Shown: positions 23,713 through 36,300 of the stretch, piece after piece
Layout of the letters: every line of letters starts with the position of its first letter
Position numbering within the stretch: the stretch's first letter is position 1
From: Macrostomum lignano
Taxonomy: Eukaryota
Length of the DNA: 64,000 nucleotides
Direction: 5' to 3'
Assembly (NCBI GenBank): GCA_002269645.1
Contig: NIVC01000143.1
Span: 372,001-436,000, forward strand
Notes under the pieces: model-generated
Seen by the model: the letters and a program-made list of their open reading frames with translations, nothing else
Databases searched by the model: none
What the model was told of the DNA's origin: nothing
Made by a program: the position numbers and the translations under genes

Positions 23713-24329
23713 AGGTCTTATAAAGCGCCCCGTCAATGGATTGGTCAAAGTTCTAAGTCAGCATCAGCATTGGTGGATTGTTTATTTGTTAATATCAATA
23801 TTTCATTGGCTCGCTCATTTTGACACTTCGTTGTCCAGGGCCTGAGATTCCTGAGGTCCTCCTAAGTCCCTAGTATTGTAGTATACAACAATGAACCATA
23901 CCAATCCAATCCATTGAATTTGAATGCAGAGAATAGAAAAAGATGTTTTTGGAAAAGTTTCATTACTTAAAAAAATACCTACTTTCACCCAGACAATCCT
24001 ACTGAAGTCCCTATTTTTCGTAAACTTTTTAGTCTCTTCATTTGGGGGTCCAACTCTTTCCTACTTCCAAAAGCATTTGTTAAAAACCCTTAATAGCCTG
24101 ACTATCAATATTTCCTGCCCGGACTAAATTACTAACAGTAGTGCAAATGCGTATCTGTGCTATAGACATGTATCTCGTTAGTCAAGCCAAAACTTAAGCA
24201 TAAAACTTGAAAGTTACTGATGTACCTGCCCCTATCATAAATATGAAAAGAGTTTGCAGTCATAGCTCGTATGGATGTTGCCTGAAGCCAAACAAGCCAG
24301 TCGCACTGGAAACTGATCGCTCAGGCCAG

Positions 24330-24900
24330 CGTGCGCCGCGTCTACTTGTTGGTCAAGCGAGTCCGTCAGCGTCCAGGACTCAGCATTGCATTGGAGTATT
24401 GTATACTGTATAGCAGGACAGCCTCTACTACCGCTGGGAACAGCGCCACCTTCAGACGGTCAAATGGGCCTCAGACTGCAGGACAGCCTTTCACAGAACG
24501 AAAGGGGCTAGATCCTCGCGGACACCGGGAACCGGACTGCCGCGATAGATGAACTGCTGACAACACGTAAGCTTTAGTTTGGTCGGAGATCTCACCTGTC
24601 CATCTGCGCCTCAAGACAAACTTTCAGCCTTGATGTCGTCCTGCACGCAGATCACGACGGCCTTCAGCGTGTTGACCAGCAGGGCGACACTTGCCGCAAC
24701 AGCAAACAGCTTTAGGAGACGAACGTAGCAGCTAACGTTGCGATTTAAACGCTAACGAGACGCAATTATAGTCTTCGAATCCGATAGTTTTGTTCGGACT
24801 TGCATCGTAGCGTATGGAGGACCGTAACGCCATTTGGTCTAAAGCAACCGTTTGGCTGGATTGTGGCAATCATTTTCATGATTCTAGCAGCCAACGGCAG
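24330..24900 (-). mobile_element. Degenerate RTE-like LINE fragment (paralog of 12150-12720)
   Basis: Colinear with the unit-1 copy; the minus strand reads AVAASVALLVNTLKAVVICV, like the post-YADD GL.VN..KT segment. Confidence 0.55.
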
Positions 24901-25239
24901 CCCAATGTCCACTTAATAAATAGTGTTACCAACCAAATAAAGCGGAATTCGGGATAAACACGAGCATTAAGGTCACAAAATCGCAGCATGCATGAATCAT
25001 AGAAATCGAGATCTATATTTCTACGACTCTGTAATTCGTCAGAACTGTTTTCTAGAATTGTCGATAGCTAAAGTGCGGGGTTGTCTAGATCGCATCAATA
25101 AGAGACCATTTAAAAATTGTCCAAAATTAAATAAAACATTTTAAAATGCATCATTTTAAAAGCTGGCATTAAGTAAAGCCTGGATGAAGTTCTCTTCTTT
25201 GCGAATCTGACTACACATAAGTGTACACTGTTGTTGTTT

Positions 25240-25549
25240 AATAATAGTAGTAATAATTCATTACACCTGCCCTAATTGTCAGATGTGTAACCGGCCGTCA
25301 GCCGTGGCTACTGCGCAGTGCTGCTGAAGGCTGTTCAGTCGAATGACTTGGAGAGGGGGGGTCGCCACACACAGCCTCATTTACATGTACCTCAGCTAAT
25401 TCTGGCACACATTTTACAGCTGGGTAAATTGAAGCAATGCAGAGTTGAGTGTCTTTTTCAAGCACACGATTTGTTCCGAGTGGGTCTAGAATTAAACCCC
25501 CGATCTTTCAGTCGTGAGTCCGCCGCTTTAACCACTAGGCTACAACCCC
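25240..25549 (-). mobile_element. tRNA-derived SINE (paralog of 13030-13333)
   Basis: Same A box, degenerate B box and core. Confidence 0.85.
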
Positions 25550-25863
25550 AGTTCAATTTTCTTTACACGATATCACAAGTTGGCAAAAGCAGAAAGACAT
25601 TTATGCCTTCTGTGCAAACCTTATTTACAAAAATACACCAACCCCTCTCCATTTGCCGTCTGCACATAATTTTGGGTCAATTCTACTTGCCTTCTACTAC
25701 TTCTACTTCTACTACTTGCTAGGAGAGAATATTTTATTTTACTATCTTGAAGAAGCGAATTGTATAAATGAGTTTGTTTCATATGTCTCAGTAAAGTTTC
25801 TGATCAGGCATAAATACAGAAGAAGCCCTCAAGAGCTTAGCAGCTAAAATCTCAACATTAAAA

Positions 25864-27423
25864 ATGTCGTCAGACGCGAGCGCCACTCAGTGCAGCATCA
25901 GGGCATGCAATAAACCGATCCACGATGAGGGACCCCGCACCGGTGTGTCTCTGTGCCGAGTTCACTTCGACAAGGAGGTGCTCAAGCTCACTGAGCAGAA
26001 GGACAACCTGATGAAGAAGCTGCGCGCTCTTAGGGACACTCCAGACACGTCGCAGCTGCGAGCTGAGCAGAGCGCGCTAGCAGCAGAGATCGAGGACGTT
26101 AGAGAGATGTTCGACGAGCTGGAGGAGGAGCTGCGACAGTGGCGGCAGCGGACAGAGGCTCGAGTGCAGGCGGTGCACGACTCGGTAGCTGATCGTCTGA
26201 GAGACGCGTCGGAGGCGGAGCAGTGCGAGAAGGACCTGACGGCTGCTTCCGAGGCTGGAGATGTGCGGGAGATGGCGAAGCTTGCAGCCACCACCGAGCT
26301 GTGGCTGGAAGACGCCAGTGAGCGATCGGCGAAGTTTAACGAGACTCGTTTGAAGCTGCGCGAGCGGCAAAGCGCGGTGAGTCATGGACTCAGCGGTGAT
26401 GTGGTCGTTCGGTCCGTCGGAGACGTCGCGGCAGGAGTGCAGCAGCTGAAGCTCGTCATCAACAAGCATATGACTAGCGTGATGCAGCAGTGCTGGCTTG
26501 AAGACGGAGACGGACAGACTTCGACCAACAGGTCAATGACCACAATTGACAAACTTGAAGATCAACCATGTCACCTGTGTTGCTGCTCAAACACTGCTGG
26601 ATTTGTCTGCGACTCAGCAGGTCGCATTGCAAAGGCTGGACCATCGAGCTCTGGCACCAAGCCGCTGCCTCAACCGAGCATCTTTATTGCATTTGACCAG
26701 AAAAAAGTAGACTATTTGCAGGTGGTGTCTCTCGATGGAACCGAGAGGCTGGAGTACCACTCAAAGCTGAACTGGAGAGAATGGATCACCGGACTTCACT
26801 GCGACAATGAGAAACAGATGCTGTTCGTGAGCCAGTCTCGGTCTGTGACAGTGTCTGATCTGAGTGGAGAAATTACTCGAATAATCACGGCAGAGAGCCT
26901 GGGCCTGAGTGCTTTAAGAGTTCATGCCATTTGCGGGAACATGGACAAACTGTTTGTATTAAATATGAACTTAAAACATGTTCATTTAGTAGGCAAGAAG
27001 TCCGGAAATCTCGAGAGCTCACTTGACGTTTCACACCTTGGTGAAGATTTGGACGAGTTCGCCCTACACGGAAGCAAGATTTTGCTGGTAGATTGGTATA
27101 GTCTCGGCAAGGTTCGTAGAATATGCTCCATCAACGGTCAGCTGATCTCGGGTTATCCTGCCGAGGCCGGTCTCAGATTAAGCCGGCCTGTTCAAGTCGC
27201 TGTGGACAGCAGAGGCGTTCTGTTCGTCACAGATGCTGTGAATAACACAGTTTGTGCGTTTTTATGCTCGGGAGAACTTCTTCAGACTTTTGGCGGGATA
27301 CGGCAAGAAGAAAGTTTTTTTTCAAAACCCTTTGGTTTGATTGTTGTGCAGTCAGAATCAGGTGAGTTGCTAGTTGTTGCCGACCGTCAGAATAGTTGTC
27401 TGCGAATCTTCCAGTTGGGTTAG
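25864..27423 (+). CDS. Intronless TRIM-like protein, copy 2 (519 aa): N-terminal C-x4-C-x15-C-x2-H motif, coiled coil, C-terminal NHL beta-propeller
   Basis: Full ORF with E/R/L/A-rich heptad region (about aa 35-200) and NHL signatures RPVQVAVDSRGVLFVTDAVNNTV and KPFGLIVV...LVVADRQNSCLRIF. No RING. A CATAAATA TATA-like motif upstream is conserved in both copies. Confidence 0.85.
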   Translation: MSSDASATQCSIRACNKPIHDEGPRTGVSLCRVHFDKEVLKLTEQKDNLMKKLRALRDTPDTSQLRAEQSALAAEIEDVREMFDELEEELRQWRQRTEARVQAVHDSVADRLRDASEAEQCEKDLTAASEAGDVREMAKLAATTELWLEDASERSAKFNETRLKLRERQSAVSHGLSGDVVVRSVGDVAAGVQQLKLVINKHMTSVMQQCWLEDGDGQTSTNRSMTTIDKLEDQPCHLCCCSNTAGFVCDSAGRIAKAGPSSSGTKPLPQPSIFIAFDQKKVDYLQVVSLDGTERLEYHSKLNWREWITGLHCDNEKQMLFVSQSRSVTVSDLSGEITRIITAESLGLSALRVHAICGNMDKLFVLNMNLKHVHLVGKKSGNLESSLDVSHLGEDLDEFALHGSKILLVDWYSLGKVRRICSINGQLISGYPAEAGLRLSRPVQVAVDSRGVLFVTDAVNNTVCAFLCSGELLQTFGGIRQEESFFSKPFGLIVVQSESGELLVVADRQNSCLRIFQLG

Positions 27424-28621
27424 AAAGCCAAATAACAATCGAACTTTTACTTGACACTCAACTGGAAGTTAAAATCTTCCGTGAAACTTTCTAACATTTT
27501 TGTTTATTCTTAGAACGATTGTGTCGTAGAACCATGGCAAATTATTACTTCAATAAAAATGTAACAATGGTGAGGACTGTAGCCAATATTTATACATAAT
27601 TTGTTGCAAATACTGCACATGCAAATGTTGATATTAAATAGTTTCTATTTTAAGGACGCGACTGGATAGATATCTTTTTATACTAGCTAAATACAGTAAT
27701 AATTTGCTATACTGGTTCAAAACTTCTCTTTGATCAATAATTCGAAGCTGATGTATTATCAAATCTGCTTTCGAAAATTTCAAAAATAATTTCAATCTGT
27801 GCTGGTTTTTACTTTAAAAAATAAAGAAAAAACATTAATCCAATATATACGATCAAATTATAGCTTCATGAAAATATTAACATTAATATGTTGAAATATT
27901 GTGCCAGTATTTTTTACATATTTTCTGAATTGTGTACGGCCTTCAAATTGACTTTCTAGCGTTACCGCGATCTGAGCTAAGCCTTGCAAAATCGGATAAC
28001 TTTTAGTGACTTACTAATTTAGGACTAAATTGGAATCTCGGCTTGGCTCTGCTCGTACAATTAACGCCCTTGAGGGCCAACCTCCAAAGCACAGGGAAGT
28101 GTACATGGACATGCCTAACGATAAATTAAGTTAGGGCCGCTGTACACTCCTGTGTGAGTGTGTGCTTGCGCGTATGACTGCATACGTATCCTGCATGTGT
28201 GCTTACTCAGGGGAGTCGGTGGAATGGGCAGTAATGCCTAGCTCTCGCCGGTTGTGTGAGAAAGTCGCTTTAAGTGCGCCAGGGTGCACACTGCCCTCTG
28301 TCCTTAACTAAATAGCATCTTAAACTTTGGAAGGGGCCTCCTGTCTGTAAATTAGAATCATTGCACATGTAGCGACTTAGTACTTAAACACGCAACGAGG
28401 ATAACACAACTGATCATATTCAGATGCTGCCATCACCAATCAAGATTGAGGAATTTCGTGTCGAAACTATTTCATTCGCCCTCGGTCACGACAGCCAGTA
28501 GCAGCGCTTCCTTAATCATAATTAGACAATCTACTCGGATATAAAAGAGACATCATTTTAAATAGTCATGACTTTTATTGCCAACGAATCTGCTTATTAG
28601 TTCTCTAGTTAATTAAACACA

Positions 28622-28956
28622 ATGAGCGGCAAAGTAATCTTTGTGTTGCTGATCATTATCTTAGCTCTGACTGGTGTCAACCAATCAATGCGATTACCAG
28701 CGTCTGAAGATTCTGTAAGTAACTCCACCTCATAGCAGCGTTTACCTGGCTACAGCCAATAGTTGTTTAAAATTAAAAGCCGTAAATTTTTCAGCAGCCA
28801 CCATCGGAGCTGAATGATTTTCTCCGCGTCATCCTGGCTGAGGCCCGAGCCAGAGTGGGCGGTAATTCCGCCGACAAGAGGTCTGCTAGGAGGTTATCGC
28901 GCTACGGTCCCTGCAGCGGAGTGTACCATCCGGTGGCCTGCATTGGAGTGCAGTGA
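28622..28956 (+). CDS. Secreted prepropeptide, copy 2, 84 aa, 2 exons
   Basis: Exons 28622-28714 and 28795-28956, 80-bp intron. Protein: MSGKVIFVLLIIILALTGVNQSMRLPASEDS-QPPSELNDFLRVILAEARARVGGNSADKR-SARRLSRYGPCSGVYHPVACIGVQ*. Confidence 0.85.
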
Positions 28957-31589
28957 TTTGACCGCTCGCTTACTTCACAATCCTATCTTGAGCCAGCCTA
29001 AATTGAGTTGAAAAGACCACGACAAAATTTCAATAGTGAATTTGTCAACTCAAGTGCCGAAATATACGCGAACTTCATATTGCCAGTTAAAAATCTTTAA
29101 TGCAGGCATTCGCGTAAGAAAAAACCAATTATATGTAGAAATTTTCAGTATACAGTGTTTTAGTGCTTTTCTGCGATTGGTAAATCCATCAAGGACCCTA
29201 AGAACTGTTACTGTTAAATTATGACGTGCATGTAAAATTCGCATTTGATAGAATTTGCCTGCACTGTCAACCGCGACAAAGAACAAAGCAACGAACATGG
29301 CGCAACGAGCTGGCATAACCAGGACGGAAGGCACAAAGCCTTCTCAAGCCAAAGCAAAAAACCACTAGCAAAAAACTAGCAAGAACCGCTGACAAAAGCG
29401 AAGAGCTGATTCACCGCATTCAGACCGACCTGGGGTGGGCACCTCTTCGCAGGTTGTGCACCGAATTCTCGGCAGCACTGATGCCCGTTAAGGGCTGTTG
29501 TCCTGGTGAACATTTGACCAAAGAAAACAGACCCTGCTGCTGCAGGTTCAGGCAGTGAGACAGAATAGGTGAACAGGTGTCAGTGCGACAGCAGTGCTGA
29601 CTCTGTGCGTCATGTCGAATCGGTTAGTTTTCCGGTAAAGAAGGAAGTGAGCGGCGGACTATCTTTGCACTTTGACAGCAAGCTCAAATGTAGCACAGGC
29701 GGATCGACATGACTCCTGACAGGACTTCTTGACCATTCCTAACCAAGCGCATAAACTTGGCGTTGGAGTCTCATCAGGATCTCCTGTGGCTGGAGCGCCG
29801 GTGACCTGTGACATGCGTTTATTCTTCAGGTTTTATAGGTGTATCCATCTCTAGATTATACGGGGTTGGCGAACTTCGGCCCTCACAATAGCGATCCGAC
29901 CCGCTCGTGGCTTGTGTCTATTCTCAGCTTTCTCTTAACTATTAACTAGAAAACTTCTCTTAACTAGAAAACTCAATCAAGCGGACAAACGTAGGCACAA
30001 GCGACACTTAAAATTTAGCAGCTCTGAGCGGGTACTTAATATCGAGCGTTGATTAATTTTCACTTATTCAAAACTCTTCTGCAGAGTTGCTGCATTATTC
30101 AAATCGACAATAATCGAATAACAGAATACAGACTGCTCATAATTGTCACATAGAAGCATGATTTTTTGTGTACACGTAGCTAAATGGTACATGTACTTTC
30201 GAGAGCCCTATAATTGTTTCCTTTTTGAAAAGTAAATAGACTTACCCAAGAGCTATAGTTAAAAGTAAAAACATCGCTGTGTAGAGATAATGCAGACATT
30301 TTAGACGAATTCAACTGACGTCGGCTACGCCTTAGATAATTCGATCAAGGATCATGCAACTGCCTGCCAGGGTTTTAATAATCCTAGGGAACACGATTAA
30401 TTTGGACATGAAAGTGTAAAATTTCAATCTTTATAATAGGAATTCTTTAAACATTTACTATCATTTGTCGAGCAGATGTGCACTTGGTTATACTTGATAC
30501 TCAAACTATTTTTAACATATTGTCACATTCTCAGACATTTATCTGGATCGCAGCCCCGCCCAGTTCTCGACAGTCAAAATAGACCAAGCAGACTGGCTGA
30601 CTCTTGTCTAGCAAAAGAGATGACAAGCGCCGCACTTAAGGCGTAGGCGAACTAGGCGTTGACAAAAGCAAGAATGCAGCTCTTTACAGTTCAAAGTCGC
30701 TTTTTTCTAACCTCCAACCAACCGCGGGTCTCCACCCACCGCTGGTAAAAAATTAAGTTGTTAAGTTGTTTGAAAATAAACTATTAACTCGTAACACTGA
30801 TCTGTTTATCTTCTCAGGAAAGTTTCAGGAAAGTGAAAGGAAGGCTAAAGATAGCCCTACACTGCTGTTTGGGATTCTATTAATCAGCGTAGCTTGCGGA
30901 ATGAAACGGAATGTAATACTCCAAACTCCAAAGCAGGAAAATGAAGCAGGTTTTTGAATTTCTAATCTGGAAAGGCCGCAAAATAATCAGTAACGCAGGT
31001 TTAAAAGCATATTGGGCAGTATTAATGCCTGAAATCCAGTAAAAAAATTATAGTGGGAAACCGAATTTATGCCCAATATGCCATCTGGCTATAAACAGGT
31101 TATGTTATTGTTGCTGTTTAGCTGTTGAACATTGTTCATACGTTATAGCAATTTATGTTCTTGATTTTTAATGTTTCTTATTAAAAATGACTACATCAGA
31201 TAGAAAAACTCGTTCACCGTGATCTACAAAATGTTTTCTGTATAGAAATTAGTCATGGCCTGCTCAGCAGGCCAAAGCCGCAAGCTACGGTTATGCAGAC
31301 TTATTTTTCGAAACACATCGAAATGATTCGCAAGCCATACACCATGAGCTATGGCTGCAGAGCAGGCCACCCGCATCCTCGGGGTTTTAAAACGTCACTT
31401 ACTACAGATGTAGTTAATACGTAGAAAAATGAAATGAGTGAATTTTTAGCTCACTGATGATCATCAAGCTGTAATTTTTTTAAATAATTTAATTATACGT
31501 TTAGTGATCTTCGAGTTTCAGCTCAGGTGCAGTGACGTGAATCCTTCGAATTAGTCTTCCGGTTATAAAGGTGTATTCATCTCGATCAG

Positions 31590-31830
31590 GCTCGGCAAAC
31601 TCCGGGCCCGTGGGCCACGTGCGGCCCGGCCCGCCAAGCCTTTCGATCAGGCAACTAGGGTCCTTTGAAACTTCACAATAGCAATCCCGTCCGCTCCTCT
31701 CAGCTCTCCGGCCTCTCCTCTCTCCTTTCATGTAAGAGAGTACTCTATGTAAGAACTCCCATAGAGAACTACATGTCCGCAGTAGTACCATGCGCTAGAT
31801 TCTCTGTCTGGCCCTTAAAACAAAAATCCC
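31590..31830 (+). mobile_element. Charlie-like hAT MITE (paralog of 20998-21628, short interior)
   Basis: CAGGCTCGGCAAACTCCGGGCCCGTGGGCCACGTGCGGCCC head and CATGCGCTAGATTCTCTGTCTGGCCCTTAAAACAAAAA tail. Confidence 0.75.
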
Positions 31831-31888
31831 CCCTAATAAACCCTTTATCTATAGATTATGGATGATGAGGGGCTTGGTCCTTATCTGA

Positions 31889-31965
<77 letters not shown>

Positions 31966-32599
31966 TATGTCTCAAAACATGCAAGTATCCAGATTGTTAC
32001 AGACTATAAAATAAGATATTTCCAAGCTTAAATATGCGTCACGCTTGTGAATGATCAAATAATTTAGAAAAATTAGCCAGTGTCTTTCAGCTTGAGCAGC
32101 TGTGTCACTATTTTATTGAGTTGAACTTAACTCAGACCAGCGGATGCACAGCGAGTTATTTGCTAAAATCAAGGTCATGGCATACTATTGGGCTTAAAGT
32201 TTTTAAACCGTCAAAACAAATCAGTTTAGAGAAGCCCAAAGCAGACTAACAAAAGGGCACCAATTTGAAAGGCAATCGTAATTAGCCAGTACTCAATATT
32301 TTTTTAAATAATCGATTCAATTTATTTGTTAAAATTTCAACCAATTAAATGAGGTTTTTTGCAAAATAAGTAAAGCCAAAATGAAAAACACTTGGCTAAT
32401 GAAATTATATAAAAATGACTACAAAACCAAATTTGCAGACAAATAAATAAATCTTAATTAAAAAAACTTCACAGCACTCCGTTTGATTTTACTTTGGCAA
32501 AAAACTGAAATTAATTATCAAAAAGTTTGTCATTTATACGCACAAAATGCAATATAATACTTTGTTTACAGCAAAGGTCTAAAAACGTTTTTATTAAGT

Positions 32600-33287
32600 C
32601 AAGTACCAGATAGAGAACCTAGCGCATGACTGCAGAGCAGCGGAGAGGGGGAAGAGGGAATAGAGAAAAGAGATAGAATAAAGGAGACAAGAGGAGGAGA
32701 GAGATTAAATAGGAGAGGAGAGGAGAGGAGAGGAGAGAAAAGAAGAAGAGGAGAGGAGAGGAGAGAAAGAGAGGAAAGAAGAGAGAGGAGAGGAGAGAAG
32801 AGAGAGGAGAGGAGAGAAAAGAAGAAGAGGAGAGGAGAGGAGAGAAAGAGAGGAAAGAAGAGAGAGGAGAAGACAGAAGAGGAGAGGAGAGGAGAGAAAG
32901 ATAGGAAAGAAGGGAGAGGAGTGGAGAGAAGAGAGGAAATAAGGGAGGGAGAGGAGAGAAAAGAAGAAGAGGAGAGGAGAGGAGAGGAGAGGAGAGGAGA
33001 GAAAGAGAAGAAAGAAAAGAGAGGAGAGGAGAGAAGAGAGAGGAGAGAAGAGAAGAAGAGAGAGAAGAGATGAGAGAAGAGGAGAGGAAAGAAGAGAATG
33101 AGAGGAGAGAGGCAGACAAGAGAGAAGAGAAGGAGATTAGAGAAGAGAAAGAGAAGAGAGCTGAGAAGACACAAACCTTAAGCGAGCCAGATCGCTATAT
33201 GGAGAAATTCCAAAGGACCCGAGGGCTGGATAGAGAGGCTTCGCAGGTCGCATGTGGCCCACAGGCTGGAGTTTGCCGAGCCCGTGA
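32600..33287 (-). mobile_element. Charlie-like hAT MITE (paralog of 22191-22668, longer GA interior)
   Basis: Same termini as the unit-1 copy; the GA tract is about 200 bp longer. Confidence 0.75.
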
Positions 33288-33372
33288 TTACAGTGGTAAA
33301 TTCTTAAATAAGCACTAAAACAATTTGATAATTTAATAGTTTGCTGTCAATTATTTTCAGTTTAACCTTATG

Positions 33373-36300
33373 CTACAGTCTAGCCGAGACCGGATCCAGC
33401 TCTTCCCGAAACACTTGAATAATTCTGCACCAGCTGTCTACCTGAGCCTCGTGATGCTGTTTTGAATTGCCGCCATAGTCCATGTTCAAGCCGTAGAGTC
33501 CGTGATAGCACAGCGGGGTGCATGGGCTGATTGGCGGCTCTAGCAGGTGACCCGCACCTGGATAGGCCACGTGATCAACTCGACGCTGTCCGTTAGATCT
33601 TCGAATTCGAGCAGCCAGACGCGCTCCGGTGTCCACAGGCATTGAGTAGTCATCGAGGCTGGATAGAAACAGAAATCTGCAGGTGGACTTTTCCACAGGT
33701 AGCTCCTGCCATGGAGATTTTGAATAGGGTGATGGGACGTTTTTGTCAATGATCCTGACCAATTAGATCTTGAAAATAAAAACTGTTGGAAAACGTGTCA
33801 ACGTGTCAAGGGGAGATGGGACTATTGAATGGGGAGATAAGATTCCTAATAGGGAGATGGGATTGCAAATGGAGAGATGGGATTTTTGAATGGGGAGATG
33901 GGATTTTTGAACGGGGAAATAGGATTTTGAAATGGGGAGATGGGATTTCTGAATAAGGAGATGGGATTTCAAGTAGGGAGATAGGATTTTAAATGGGGAA
34001 ATTGGATTTTTGAATGGGGAAATGGGATTTTTAAATGGGGAGATTGGATTTTTGAATGGGGAGATGGGATTTTTAAATGGGGAGATGGGATTTTTAAATG
34101 GGGAGATGAGATTTTTGAATGGGGAGATGGGATTGGGATTTTTAAATGGGGAGATGGGATTTTTAAATGGGGAGATGGGATTTTTAAAAGGGGAGATGAG
34201 ATTTTTGAATGGGGAAATGGGATTTTTAAGTGGGGGATGGGATTTTTAAATGGGGAGATAGGATTTTTGAATAGAAAGATTAGACTTCAAATGGAGAGAT
34301 GCGATTTTGAATGGGGAGATGGGATTTTTAAATGGGAGATGGGATTTTTGAATGGGGAGATGGGATTTTTAAATGGGGAGATTGGATTTCTGAATAGGGA
34401 GATGGGATTTCTGAATAGAAAGATTAGACTTCAAATGGAGAGATGCGATTTTGAATGGGGAAATGGGATTTTTAAATGGGGGGATGGGATTTTTAAATGG
34501 GGAGATGGGATTTTTTAATAGAATGATTAGACTTCAAATGGAGAGATGCGATTTTGAATGGGGAGATGGGATTTTTAAATGGGAGATGGGATTTTTGAAT
34601 GGGGAGATTGGATTTCTGAATAGGGAGATGGGATTTCAAGTAGGGAGATGGGATTTTTTTATGAGGAGATGGGATTTCAAGTAGGGAGATAGGATTTTAA
34701 ATGGGGAGATGGGATTTTTGAATGGGGAGATGGGATTTTTAAATGGGGAGATGGGATCAGGGTATAAAATCCACTTGGTCGGGCTTACCTGAGCTTCGGT
34801 GCACCCAGAGCAGCAGGCCTCTCTAGAGTCCAGCCCATCTGACCTATCAGACGGTTTCACCAGCGCCACATTCATCGGGAAATGATTTGGCAACCAACGC
34901 GCTCTGTAGCGAACCGGAAACCAACTGCGACACCGGTTGCCATTCAACCAGGCCACCGCTCTGACCTTCTTGCCAAACATAATAGCGGCATTGGCTACAA
35001 TATCTGCACCAGCGCTGACCCCGATCAAGCCTAAGCCGCCCTCGGGACCCAGGCGGCTATAGGGAGAAGCCAGCATGAAGTCCACAGCTTCTTCGAAATA
35101 GTCCATGTCAATCTCGTGAAGCTCTTTGGGCAGATCTTCATAGTTGAAGTAGGCCAGCGCCAACACGCTGAAGCCCTCCTTGGCTAGCAGGGCTGACCGG
35201 TGCTCCATCAGGCCACCACCGGTGCCGAACAGGTCAATCACCGGTGGACAGGAGCGCTGCGACCGGGGTTTGAATAGTGCGCCTGGAGTGGGATTTGAGC
35301 ACAGTTAGGATTTGAGTATGGGATTGGATTTGAGCATGGGTGGGATTCGAGTGTGGTTGGGATTTGAGCATGAGATGGGATTCGAGCATGGGGTGGGATT
35401 TAGGCATGAGGTGGGATTTGAGTATGGGATGGGATTTGAGTGTGGTGTGGGATTTGAGTATGGGGTGGGATTTGAGCATGGGGTGGGATTTGAGTGTGGT
35501 GTGGGATTTGAGTATGGGGTGGGATTTGAGTGTGGGGTGGGATTTGAGTATGAGGTGGGATTTGAGTATGGGGTGGGATTTGAGTGTGGGGTGGGATTTG
35601 AGTATGGGGTGGGATTTGAGTGTGGGGTGGGATTTGAGTATGAGGTGGGATTTGAGTATGGGGTGGGATTTGAGTGTGGGGTGGGATTTGAGTATGAGGT
35701 GGGATTTGAGTGTGGTGTGGGATTTGAGTATGGGGTGGGATTTGAGTGTGGTGTGGGATTTGAGTATGAGGTGGGATTTGAGTGTGGTGTGGGATTTGAG
35801 TATGAGGTGGGATTCGAGCATGGGGTGGGATTTGAGTATGGGGTGGGATTTGAGTGTGGTGTGGGATTTGAGTATGGGGTGGGATTTGAGTGTGGTGTGG
35901 GATTTGAGTATGGAGTGGGATTTGAGTGTGGTGTGGGATTTGAGTATGGAGTGGGATTTGAGTGTGGTGTGGGATTTGAGTATGGGGTGGGATTTGAGTA
36001 TGGGGTGGGATTTGAGTGTGGTGTGGGATTTGAGTATGGGGTGGGATTCGAGCATGAGGTGGGATTTGAGTATGGGATGGGATTTGAGCATGTGATGGGA
36101 TTTGAGCATGTGATGGGATTTGAGCAGGATACGATTCGAGCAGGGTGGATTGGAGCGGGTTGGGATATGAGAATGGGGTGGGATTCGAGCACAGGACAGG
36201 GATAAAATTTAAGCTGGTGTGGATGGATGGTACATGTATTTGAACAGAAAGATTTCAAATTTGAGTGAATGAACTGTTACTAATAGTAGGCTAGTTTAAG

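Larger units (their letters stand above)
23751..34000. repeat. Segmental duplication unit 2
   Basis: Direct tandem partner of 11719-23710; the right end merges into ACOT-C intron 2, so the end coordinate is approximate. Confidence 0.9.

Noticed and set aside
25891-25965. Canonical B-box or RING in the NHL proteins
   Set aside because: Only four candidate ligands (C-x4-C-x15-C-x2-H); the spacing fits neither domain, so no TRIM gene symbol was assigned.
30290-30450. Second Penelope GIY-YIG remnant (NSIKDHATACQGF)
   Set aside because: Too short and degenerate to support without a database search.
33706-33762. ORF extension MVRIIDKNVPSPYSKSPWQ as part of the ACOT terminal exon (also 23087-23143)
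   Set aside because: An acceptor at 33755 is phase 2 and does not fit the strong phase-0 donor at 34788. Using the CAG at 33708-33706 gives an alignment matching paralog A, and the extension resembles degenerate intron repeat.
35234-36258. Repetitive ORFs on both strands (LKSHP, CGVGFEY, WDLS repeats)
   Set aside because: An 18-bp unit divisible by 3 and lacking stops gives ORFs in several frames; the region lies inside ACOT-C intron 1.
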